Source of the DNA: a virus
Taxonomy: Duplodnaviria; Caudoviricetes
DNA length: 63,136 bases
Strand: one strand, 5' to 3'
Virus record (IMG/VR): IMGVR_UViG_3300036770_007416
Span: 1-63,136 of that record
How positions within the stretch are numbered: the first letter of the stretch is position 1; every line of letters starts with the position of its first letter. Positions 19,960 to 28,208 of this stretch are shown here, in pieces. The position numbers and the translations under genes are program-made. The notes beneath the pieces are model-generated. The model saw only the letters and a program-made list of their open reading frames with translations. It did no database searches and was not told the DNA's origin.

Positions 19960-20652
19960 TTAGTTTAATTGATGTTTAAGTTTTACATGTGCGATTTCGT
20001 CCCACATATTTTTATTATACATAGTGCTTATCTGATGAGAATGCATTCTGTTTGTAATTAATGTTTCAGGAACAATAGTGGGTAATCCGTGTTTTTTGTA
20101 TAGTTGATAATACATTTCACAATCCATGAGCATAACCAAATCTTCATCAAAAAGTACGGAATCCTCTTTCCGAAATGATAAGACTGATGGCGAGCTTATT
20201 GTGTTTGTTCCCGTGGGAATATTGTCATTCCATGCGGGGACCATATAATTCGAAAATGTTTTCCCATCATCATGAGTATGATTACAACCGTTAACGACCC
20301 ATTTGGTACCGTCGATGACAAATTTTTCAACAATTTTTTCCAATGCCAAACTTGAGAAAAAAAAGTCATCTTGAAAAAGTATTTTTATGATTTGTCCTTT
20401 AGCGTTAATAATTGCGTTGTTGGTATTAGCGGGCCCATTACCTCTCAAATTTTCATTTTTGAAATAATTTATTTCGAACAAATGTTGGAACTCATCACAG
20501 ATGTTTTTAATTTCATCATTTTGACTGTGGTCAGATATCACAACTTCAAAATCTTTATAAGTTTGTTCTGAAATTTTTTCTAAATTATTTTTTATAAATT
20601 CAACACCTCTACCATATTGTTCCCAAGTTGGTATACAAATAGAAACTTTCAT
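19960..20652 (-). CDS. glycosyltransferase family 2
   Basis: VSICIPT, QTYKDFEVVISD, NNAIINAKG, LFQDD. Confidence 0.85.
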   Translation of the reverse strand: MKVSICIPTWEQYGRGVEFIKNNLEKISEQTYKDFEVVISDHSQNDEIKNICDEFQHLFEINYFKNENLRGNGPANTNNAIINAKGQIIKILFQDDFFFSSLALEKIVEKFVIDGTKWVVNGCNHTHDDGKTFSNYMVPAWNDNIPTGTNTISSPSVLSFRKEDSVLFDEDLVMLMDCEMYYQLYKKHGLPTIVPETLITNRMHSHQISTMYNKNMWDEIAHVKLKHQLN

Positions 20653-20655
20653 TTT

Positions 20656-21366
20656 TCAGATTTTTTTATACGGAGTTTTATTTCTTATCAAAGTCACTGT
20701 ATTTGTTACATTTGACATGTTGACCTTGTGGTCGTTCAAAGGATTTGATTCATTATAGGTATACAAAACATCTGAAACGAATCTAAAGTGTTGCATTCCC
20801 GACATTTCCAACATTGGGTACATAAACGACAAATCACCCGCCACGGACCAATACTCACCGAATTCATCTTTTAAATCTTTTTCTTCGATTTTTTTCCACA
20901 ACCATGATTTCCAAGTTCTAAGATGTGACAAGGTAAATGCCTGTTTTCTTAAATTCTCGATGGTGTTTGGGGGAGTTGCAAAACCAGGTCTTCCATTATG
21001 ATATGAAAATGAACCACTTGTCATCCAAACGTCCTCTGAATTGTAAATTTCATTAACTTTGGTGAAAACTTTGGAATTTGGTAACCAATCGTCGCCGTCG
21101 ACTTCCACACACACTTCATTATCATCTAAGTTCATATGCCTGATTACTAAATCGTAATTACCAGGTTGATACAACTTTTTTTCGTTTTTGATAAGAATAA
21201 ATCTCGAATCTCCCTTGATAGTTTCTTCGATTTTTTTCTGAGTTTTATCTGTGGATAAATCGTCAAAAATATAACAGGTAAAATCTTTATACTGTTGAGA
21301 CATAATACTGTAAAGACATTTTTCAATATATTCTTCACAATTATATGCGGTTGTCAAAATAGTCAT
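20656..21366 (-). CDS. glycosyltransferase family 2
   Basis: TTAYNCEEYIEKCL, IFDDLSTD, VDGDDW. Confidence 0.85.
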   Translation of the reverse strand: MTILTTAYNCEEYIEKCLYSIMSQQYKDFTCYIFDDLSTDKTQKKIEETIKGDSRFILIKNEKKLYQPGNYDLVIRHMNLDDNEVCVEVDGDDWLPNSKVFTKVNEIYNSEDVWMTSGSFSYHNGRPGFATPPNTIENLRKQAFTLSHLRTWKSWLWKKIEEKDLKDEFGEYWSVAGDLSFMYPMLEMSGMQHFRFVSDVLYTYNESNPLNDHKVNMSNVTNTVTLIRNKTPYKKI

Positions 21367-23000
21367 TAGGACAGTATTTTTAGAAATTCTTCTTTTATTT
21401 GCTTTGCAACATTTTCTGAATAGAACTTTTCGATGTCGGATGGTGGCGATGTTTTTTCTTTAGAAATTATATCTCCACTGTCATTTACTTTGTAAATCCA
21501 ACTATCTTTTCCGCTCATCCAACTTTCAATTGTTGTTCTTCCTAATTGTATACCAGCGGTTTCAAAAGCACCTTCAATAAAAGGTTTCAAATTCCAAGTT
21601 GGGGGGAAATGTTTGATAATTGGGTTCTCTAAATAACTTTTCAAATAAATAGATTTGTCCTCACCCACTAACCAAAGTTCTTTACCTAAGGAGAACGCAT
21701 ATTCAGCAGCATCTTTGATTGCCAATTCTCTCAAATAATCCACTGTTCCGACAAAAAGAATGTATCCACCTTCATTTTTGGGTAAAGTGGGAAACTTACT
21801 TTTGTCGACAGGATTGTAAATCACAGAGATTTTATCTTCAGGTATTTCAAATTTATTTATTAAATGGTCTTTGATTTCAGGTCTAATTGCCACATAACGT
21901 TTAATTGAGTCATGAATAATAGGGTCTTCTAACTCAATTACTTCAGAGTGTATTGTTGCAATTTTGTCAATATTAGGGTATAAATTTATTATCCTTTCAG
22001 CAACGGGTTTATGTTGTATACTGATAATGTCAAAATCAACTTCTCCAATTTTGTATAGTGTTGTTGGTTTGGACAATTCTGGTTTTCCATCGGGGCCCAT
22101 AACCTGCCATTTTCCGTCTCCCATTTTGAACCCTGGGGATTCTTCAAACGATAAACATTTGATACCCTCTTTACGTGCTAAATCCGTGAGTGGACCACCA
22201 ATTTGTGATAAAACAGTCACTTGACAATTTTCTTTTTGAAGTGCCTTTGCTAATTCATAAACGTAAACTTCTGAACCAGTAAAGGTTCTAAAAAACATAC
22301 ACGAAATCAAAACATTCATTTTCCTTTTTGGGTCGAAAGGAATTTTAATTGGTAAATTGTTTTTATATTTTTCAACGAAAATTTGTCTGTTATCTTCCCA
22401 TTGTTGGTTCGTTTGTCCAATAGATTTGTGTGTAATTCGAATGTTGGTAAAAACACCAATTTTTACTCCTTCCAAGTAGTTTTCAACACAAAAAGGTAAA
22501 TCATAAAAATGAAACCCTTTGAAATCTTCAACAAAATTTTTCTTGATTCTTTGTTTGTGTACCGCAATAAAGACACCATCAATAATTGCAACTTCTCGAA
22601 TATCATTTCCTTGATTAGGAGAATATCTACTTTCCCATTTTTTACCACCACTTTCATGATTGACAATTCCAATCATTTTTCTCCTTTCTTCCCACCACAA
22701 TCCTGATTGGGGAAGGTTTGGTGTCCCTGCAACCCCAAGAATTCCGAAATCGTTTTTTTCGAAATTTCGTAAAATTTTGGAGTACCAAGCAGGGGTATCG
22801 AAATAAATATCATCATGACATAAAATCACAATGTCAGATTTTGACTCACTCAAAATTTCATTGTAAACCTCCGAAAGAGACTTATCACCATTGTTAATTT
22901 TTTCAATGACCTCTACATATTTTGGGTTACCCGAAGATTTCTTAAAATATTCTATAAGTTCGGGTTTGTGTGATTTTGTTGAATACCCTATTGTAATCAT
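21366..23000 (-). CDS. bifunctional glycosyltransferase (GT-A-like N-domain + GT-B/GT4-like C-domain)
   Basis: N: LCHDD, IDGVFIA, GFHFYD. C: TGSEVYVYELAKAL, VIYNPVD, GRTTIESWMSG. Confidence 0.8.
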   Translation of the reverse strand: MITIGYSTKSHKPELIEYFKKSSGNPKYVEVIEKINNGDKSLSEVYNEILSESKSDIVILCHDDIYFDTPAWYSKILRNFEKNDFGILGVAGTPNLPQSGLWWEERRKMIGIVNHESGGKKWESRYSPNQGNDIREVAIIDGVFIAVHKQRIKKNFVEDFKGFHFYDLPFCVENYLEGVKIGVFTNIRITHKSIGQTNQQWEDNRQIFVEKYKNNLPIKIPFDPKRKMNVLISCMFFRTFTGSEVYVYELAKALQKENCQVTVLSQIGGPLTDLARKEGIKCLSFEESPGFKMGDGKWQVMGPDGKPELSKPTTLYKIGEVDFDIISIQHKPVAERIINLYPNIDKIATIHSEVIELEDPIIHDSIKRYVAIRPEIKDHLINKFEIPEDKISVIYNPVDKSKFPTLPKNEGGYILFVGTVDYLRELAIKDAAEYAFSLGKELWLVGEDKSIYLKSYLENPIIKHFPPTWNLKPFIEGAFETAGIQLGRTTIESWMSGKDSWIYKVNDSGDIISKEKTSPPSDIEKFYSENVAKQIKEEFLKILS

Positions 23001-23617
23001 ACTATTCCTGTGCTACCAAATCCATTATCACCTCTTTCTGAGGTTCCTAAACTTTCTTGTTCAACAAATTTAACTTTTTTTCCATTAAAAACGGGACACA
23101 AAACTCCTTGACCTACTTTTGTTCCTTTTTCAATTGTAACCGCCAAATTGCTCATGTTCATAACAATCACCTTGATTTCACCAAGGTATCCACAATCAAC
23201 AGTTCCAGGACTATTTAAGACCATTAAACCTCGATTAATTGCAAGACCACTTTTACTCCGTATCTGAAGTTCTGCACCATCAGGTACTTCAAATGCCAAA
23301 CCTGTTGGGACTAATACCCTTTCAAAAGGTGACAGACACACTTCTTCGGTACTGTACAAATCAAATCCTGAGTCCAAATTATAGGCAAAATTGGGTGCAA
23401 TAGCATCAGGATGAAGTTTCTTGAAAGGTAGTTTGACTTTCATGAATTCTTCTTGAAAAAATTCTCCAAGTTCATCCATCGATTCCTGAGTATCTTCACC
23501 ACTCTCATCCAAATCAGTCAAACTTTGATTTGGATTAAAAGAAAGGTTTTCAATTTCTTTAATAAGTTGGTTCAACTCTTTTACCAACTCATCATCTTCT
23601 TCGTTATAATCACTCAT
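22997..23617 (-). CDS. dut: trimeric dUTPase with acidic N-terminal extension
   Basis: SGFDL, RSKSGLA, GTVDCGYLGEI, VGQ, RGDNGFGSTG. Confidence 0.9.
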   Translation of the reverse strand: MSDYNEEDDELVKELNQLIKEIENLSFNPNQSLTDLDESGEDTQESMDELGEFFQEEFMKVKLPFKKLHPDAIAPNFAYNLDSGFDLYSTEEVCLSPFERVLVPTGLAFEVPDGAELQIRSKSGLAINRGLMVLNSPGTVDCGYLGEIKVIVMNMSNLAVTIEKGTKVGQGVLCPVFNGKKVKFVEQESLGTSERGDNGFGSTGIV

Positions 23618-24324
23618 CTTAGAGATTTTAGTTTCATTATTACGTCAACCAATACTTGAACATCACGCTCACAGTATTCGGCAATTTCTTTTAACATTTT
23701 TTTATTCCAATAGGAATCGTGTACTTTAGACCCAACTACCTCACCTTCCTTCGGTGATGGGACTTCCATACAGGCACACAACAAGTCCAATGAACCGATT
23801 GCGGTATATGCACCGAATTGCCAAACTTCTTTTGTATCGATAGCCTTAACTTCCCAAGGCTTGGTATCATAAGACGGAAGAATTGATGGTGGAAGAATAT
23901 TTTGAATCAACATTCTTTTTGCCATCATAGGGATGTCAAAGTTTTTCAGGTTGTGACCACACAACCAAAAGTCCAACTTTCCACATCGGTCAAGAAGAAT
24001 TTGAACTTCTCTCAGAAGTTTGTGCTCATCATCCCCAGCAAATGTTTGTTTTTTTACTGTTCCATTTTCCATGACAAAGGCAACACTTACGCAAACAATC
24101 TTTGCAAATTCAGGGACCAATGCGGCTCTTGTTGCAAAGACAATATTCTTTTGGTCTACCTCAATTTCTTTATCCTCAGGAAATCTTTTGAGGAACCAAT
24201 CGAAGTACTTGTCAAATTGGTCTGCAACACGTGGGTGATTTTTTACCAAATCATCATAATTTTTTTCCAAACCGACAGTCTCGATATCCAAGAAAAGAAT
24301 TTTATGTGTGGGTACTTTAATCAT
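23614..24324 (-). CDS. DEDD 3'-5' exonuclease (PolB-exonuclease-related)
   Basis: FLDIET, GHNLKNFDIP, YCERDV. Confidence 0.85.
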   Translation of the reverse strand: MIKVPTHKILFLDIETVGLEKNYDDLVKNHPRVADQFDKYFDWFLKRFPEDKEIEVDQKNIVFATRAALVPEFAKIVCVSVAFVMENGTVKKQTFAGDDEHKLLREVQILLDRCGKLDFWLCGHNLKNFDIPMMAKRMLIQNILPPSILPSYDTKPWEVKAIDTKEVWQFGAYTAIGSLDLLCACMEVPSPKEGEVVGSKVHDSYWNKKMLKEIAEYCERDVQVLVDVIMKLKSLR

Positions 24325-24334
24325 TTTGTTTTTT

Positions 24335-25549
24335 TTATTTAATTAGACTTTTGTAAAACTCAGCACGGTCAAGGGTAACAATATTCAAATCATATTTTTT
24401 ACTAACTGTCTCGTATAATCTTTCTCCCATGTCTTGTACCAAGTTCGGATTCTTGAGAAGTTTAATAATAAACTTGGACCAGTCGGAGTGATTTCGACTC
24501 TCACTAACAAGAAGCGCGTTACCATCAACAAATTCACCGTTTTTCAAACAATGCTTTAAGTCAATGGTGTAAGGACCCAAATCTGTTGCAATCAGAGCTT
24601 TTTTGTAAAATCCCGCCTCAATGACTTTGAGTTGTGACTTCATCCTGTTGAACATATGATTTTTAATCGGTGCTAAAGATACGTCAAATTTTGCGTAGTT
24701 CTTCGCGTAAGACGTTACAGGAAGAGTCCAAACTCTCCTGTAGGATTCTCCAAGATATTCGGGATACTCCTCTTGAGTATATTTTTTCAGAACTTTTTCG
24801 TATTCAGGACTTACGTAATTGTAATTCTGTGTAAAGATTTTCTCATACGACGCCCAAACTGTTTCCTCGGGTTTAATGGGACGTTTTTTGTGTTCACCCG
24901 TTTGAGCATTAATTTCTGTGATTGTACCCCTCGTATCAAAACCACAAAGAACAAATTGTAATTCCTTGTAGTGTTGACTCAACTTTGCAAATGAACTATC
25001 TAAAAGTTGTAAATCACCCAAGTGGGAAGAACCACCTAACCAACCAACTCGTAATTTATCCGACTCTGTTGTTTTTTCTTTGAATTGTGCCTCGTCAGGG
25101 TTAATTGCGTTTGGAAACACAAAAACATTTTTATTGTACTTTCTAATTTCGTCCGCAAACAAAGGGGTTGTGGTAGTAACGTAATCTGATTGTTTGATAC
25201 TATTAACGATTTTTTCGTTAATTTTGTTGTACATAATTACATCATAGATTGGGTGGTCCTTAGTAGGATTCCAATAATCGTCCATGTCACAAACAGTAAT
25301 AATGCCCAAACTTTTGAGGGTTTCGACTAACTCAAACGACTTTTCGAAATCATTAGTAATACTACGGTGATAAACAACAATTTGAAATTTCTTGAAGAAA
25401 TTCAAATCATTTAAGGGAGGATTCAAATCTATTTCTACATGAAAATCCTCAGGAAATTTATTTTGTAAAAAAATGTGGGGTTCTATGGAACGAAATTTTC
25501 CAACACCAAATCTGTCTGATGGTACTACAAGTACATTAATTTTTGACAT
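24335..25549 (-). CDS. glycosyltransferase, GT-B/GT4-like
   Basis: GVGKFRSIEP, DMDDYW, GWLGGSSH, DVSLAPI..FNRMKSQLKVIEAG. Confidence 0.8.
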   Translation of the reverse strand: MSKINVLVVPSDRFGVGKFRSIEPHIFLQNKFPEDFHVEIDLNPPLNDLNFFKKFQIVVYHRSITNDFEKSFELVETLKSLGIITVCDMDDYWNPTKDHPIYDVIMYNKINEKIVNSIKQSDYVTTTTPLFADEIRKYNKNVFVFPNAINPDEAQFKEKTTESDKLRVGWLGGSSHLGDLQLLDSSFAKLSQHYKELQFVLCGFDTRGTITEINAQTGEHKKRPIKPEETVWASYEKIFTQNYNYVSPEYEKVLKKYTQEEYPEYLGESYRRVWTLPVTSYAKNYAKFDVSLAPIKNHMFNRMKSQLKVIEAGFYKKALIATDLGPYTIDLKHCLKNGEFVDGNALLVSESRNHSDWSKFIIKLLKNPNLVQDMGERLYETVSKKYDLNIVTLDRAEFYKSLIK

Positions 25550-25606
25550 GAATTCAATTTTAGTTCCCTAAAATATACGAACTCAAATACCAAATGAAAA
25601 GGGGGG

Positions 25607-26191
25607 TTATTGTAATTTTTTGACCTTGGTCAACTTACCCTCGAAGACATGTTTACCGACTTGAAATCTGAAGGCCTCATTTGACTTTTCAGAACTTTCG
25701 GCAATAACACCACTTTCCAATAATACCTCTGTTACTACTTCTTTCAAAATTTTTCTCAAATCTGATGAATTGTTCGACCCAACAGGTTGTTCAACAACTT
25801 GTTTTTTCTGATTACCCATGAGTCTTGCCGCCTTTTCTACAAGCTCATCTGAAAGTGTTACGTTACCACCCATTGATGTTGGTTGTTCGATTGGATGTTC
25901 AATCATTAACTTTTTGATTGCATCGGGTAACTTTGAATTTTTGATTGCGTCTGCCGATGCTGCCGGATAGGGCTTGTTCATAAATTGGCTGGTTGGCATT
26001 GTGGGTGCCGAAGCCATTGGCATTCTTTGTGGAGATTCCGCCAAAAATTCTTGTGGGATGTTGTATTTGACATCAGGTACGTCAAAGTTTTCCATCATGG
26101 GTTGTGACTTTGCCTTAGGGGTACCTCCTTTATCCATCTGTGAATGTCTATCCATAATTGCTTTAGACATCATAATTTTCTCTAAGTCCAT
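25607..26191 (-). CDS. hypothetical protein, possibly virion-internal
   Basis: P/M/Q-rich low-complexity ORF containing LRKILKEVVTEVLLES. Confidence 0.55.
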   Translation of the reverse strand: MDLEKIMMSKAIMDRHSQMDKGGTPKAKSQPMMENFDVPDVKYNIPQEFLAESPQRMPMASAPTMPTSQFMNKPYPAASADAIKNSKLPDAIKKLMIEHPIEQPTSMGGNVTLSDELVEKAARLMGNQKKQVVEQPVGSNNSSDLRKILKEVVTEVLLESGVIAESSEKSNEAFRFQVGKHVFEGKLTKVKKLQ

Positions 26192-26194
26192 AAT

Positions 26195-26575
26195 TTAGAA
26201 TTTTGCTATAATAATAATGTTTGTCATGTCTTTGTCACCAGTTGGATTGAAATTTGGTCTTGGAGTGTTGAAATTTTCTCCTGTTGGCTTGTAAGATAAA
26301 ATCTTGTCCAACTTAAACAATCTCCAACCCGGCATAGGTCTTGTCCCCAAATATCCTCTATGAGAAGCACCCTCGTCGTCCCAAGCTCTAAGTACAAGAT
26401 TTCCTTTTTTACTTCTACCCAACGCAACAGGTTCAATAAGTCTAAGGCCTTTACCACCTGGTTCATCTCCATCGTAATACATTACAATTTTTTGTTTATC
26501 TTCAATAGATTTTCTAACCGAATCCACCGAGGCAATTTCAGTTATCAGAGATTTGAAGATAGAAGTAAGTTTCAT
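26195..26575 (-). CDS. stand-alone WYL domain protein
   Basis: IVMYY..RLIEPVALG..LVLRAW..WRLFKLDKI is the WYL pattern; no HTH and no WCX domain. Confidence 0.75.
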   Translation of the reverse strand: MKLTSIFKSLITEIASVDSVRKSIEDKQKIVMYYDGDEPGGKGLRLIEPVALGRSKKGNLVLRAWDDEGASHRGYLGTRPMPGWRLFKLDKILSYKPTGENFNTPRPNFNPTGDKDMTNIIIIAKF

Positions 26576-26880
26576 TAGAAGTTCGGATAAGTTTTGAATT
26601 TGTTGTATTTGTTGATTTTGATATCATCTTTTCTTTCCGCAACGTCCAATGCAGTTCCTGCTTTGTCGTTGTATACATCCAAGTACACACCAGTTCCACG
26701 ACCCATGTTATCACCATCGGCCAATGCTTGTGTGTTATTTACCCCATACTCATCAGCCCCTTGTTGAAAATCGTTTCGGGTAATCAAACGCTTTCTTTCT
26801 ATGTCAGCAATTGCTGTGAGAGTGTTTTGTTCACTTTGACTCAAATCAAGAGGTTCGTAAACATTAGGATTGTTAGCCAT
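26575..26880 (-). CDS. hypothetical protein
   Basis: 101 aa ORF coupled to its neighbours. Confidence 0.6.
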   Translation of the reverse strand: MANNPNVYEPLDLSQSEQNTLTAIADIERKRLITRNDFQQGADEYGVNNTQALADGDNMGRGTGVYLDVYNDKAGTALDVAERKDDIKINKYNKFKTYPNF

Positions 26881-26881
26881 A

Positions 26882-27370
26882 TTAAATTTTTGAAATTAAT
26901 TCGTTTATCCGTTTAAGACTTTCAACAACTGTGTGTTCAAAAGTTGCTGTGGCATGTTTTTGAGAAGTGCGTTTGTGTTCCTTAGAAGGTCTCACCAAAT
27001 TTTTTACGTTAGTTTTCAAATCTTTAGATTGTATTGTTGGGTCTTCAATTTGAGTTACTTGTTGATTATTTGTTGTGTTGTTTCTCATATTATTGAGAGT
27101 GTTGTTAACCCATGTTCTCATTAGTACTCCACCATTCAAAATAAAGGAAGGGTCATTGGGCTTACCTTGATAGGTATCAAAAAAATTTTTTATTCTTTTA
27201 AGTTGTTTGTAGGTAATCTTTTCTTGGTTTTGTAATTCTTGATTCCTTTTGTATCCTTCTGTATTCTGTGGTGCAGTTTTCATTTGAGCAAATGAATTTC
27301 TCAAATGTTGCTTTATGTCATTTGGTATTACAACTTCACCTGAACTGGTGTTATAAAGATTACTATTCAT
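26882..27370 (-). CDS. hypothetical protein, possibly head-associated
   Basis: GYKRNQEL..LKRIKNFF..GG..W helical domain; C-terminal VVESLKRINELI. Confidence 0.55.
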   Translation of the reverse strand: MNSNLYNTSSGEVVIPNDIKQHLRNSFAQMKTAPQNTEGYKRNQELQNQEKITYKQLKRIKNFFDTYQGKPNDPSFILNGGVLMRTWVNNTLNNMRNNTTNNQQVTQIEDPTIQSKDLKTNVKNLVRPSKEHKRTSQKHATATFEHTVVESLKRINELISKI

Positions 27371-28160
27371 CTGAAGAATTGATTAGATTGTTTGGGTTTT
27401 CCTTATCTGAAATTTTACTAATTAAGTCCAAGATTTCTCCTTTGGTCATAACCTCAGATTTTTTTGTTTTGTCAACAAAATCTTTTTTCATTTTTTTACC
27501 CACGAGTATGTCCTCAATAATTTTTGCCATTTGCTCCCTTTGGAGTTTTTTCATTGCCTCTTTTTCTTGAAGACGGATTCTCATGTCACTTCCCTTTTTT
27601 TTCTTTTCTTGAGAAATTTTTGGGTCTTTACCAAATTCAATCGCCCTTTCAACAGGATTATCAACACCCATTTTTTCAAGTGTTTTGACTGTCTCCTCAG
27701 GTGACATGTCTTTTGTTTCTTCATATCCAAAAGCTGCTGACATGTCTTCTTCTTTTACTTCTGATTCTGAATAATAAGTTCTACCACCTCTATAAGACCA
27801 TGCTAAGTAATTACCTGGTTGCGTTGTGGCTTGAACCGTTTGGTCCATAGTCTTTCTTGGTGTTAATCTTGGGTCGAGGATGGGAATGTTCGAATTTGAT
27901 AATGTTCCGTCAGAATTAACCAATTCTTCGATTTCTCCTTTTACCTCTTCTTTTGATTTCTTCTTTTTTGATTTGACCAATTTTTCGAGGTGTGACTTTA
28001 GTGCTTCGATTTTGTCCTTGGGCACTTTTACATAGTCATCTTTCTTTCTTGCCTCGGTCAGAGTATTGGCAACGGAAAACCATAGGTGTCCTCCATCCTT
28101 TTTTTCTCTAAGAAGGAAGTAATAATTTGAACCGAAATATTCCTCGTTTAATTTCAGCAT
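27363..28160 (-). CDS. hypothetical K/E-rich late protein
   Basis: TATTTATA 11 nt upstream; LNE, LTE and LQE motifs. Confidence 0.6.
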   Translation of the reverse strand: MLKLNEEYFGSNYYFLLREKKDGGHLWFSVANTLTEARKKDDYVKVPKDKIEALKSHLEKLVKSKKKKSKEEVKGEIEELVNSDGTLSNSNIPILDPRLTPRKTMDQTVQATTQPGNYLAWSYRGGRTYYSESEVKEEDMSAAFGYEETKDMSPEETVKTLEKMGVDNPVERAIEFGKDPKISQEKKKKGSDMRIRLQEKEAMKKLQREQMAKIIEDILVGKKMKKDFVDKTKKSEVMTKGEILDLISKISDKENPNNLINSSDE

Positions 28161-28171
28161 GTTTTTTTATC

Positions 28172-28199
28172 TATAAATACTCAAGAGAAAGGTATTTAT
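28172..28199. promoter_or_regulatory. back-to-back putative late promoters (TATTTATA minus, TATTTAT plus)
   Basis: TATAAATA at 28172-28179 and TATTTAT at 28193-28199, at the strand switch; the same motif precedes about 15 genes. Confidence 0.7.
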
Positions 28200-28208
28200 C
28201 ATTAGTTT

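Noticed and set aside
7492-25549. Host O-antigen/capsule locus or contamination
   Set aside because: No flippase, polymerase or membrane genes are present, and the cluster is interleaved with phage sigma, PhoH and dUTPase genes.
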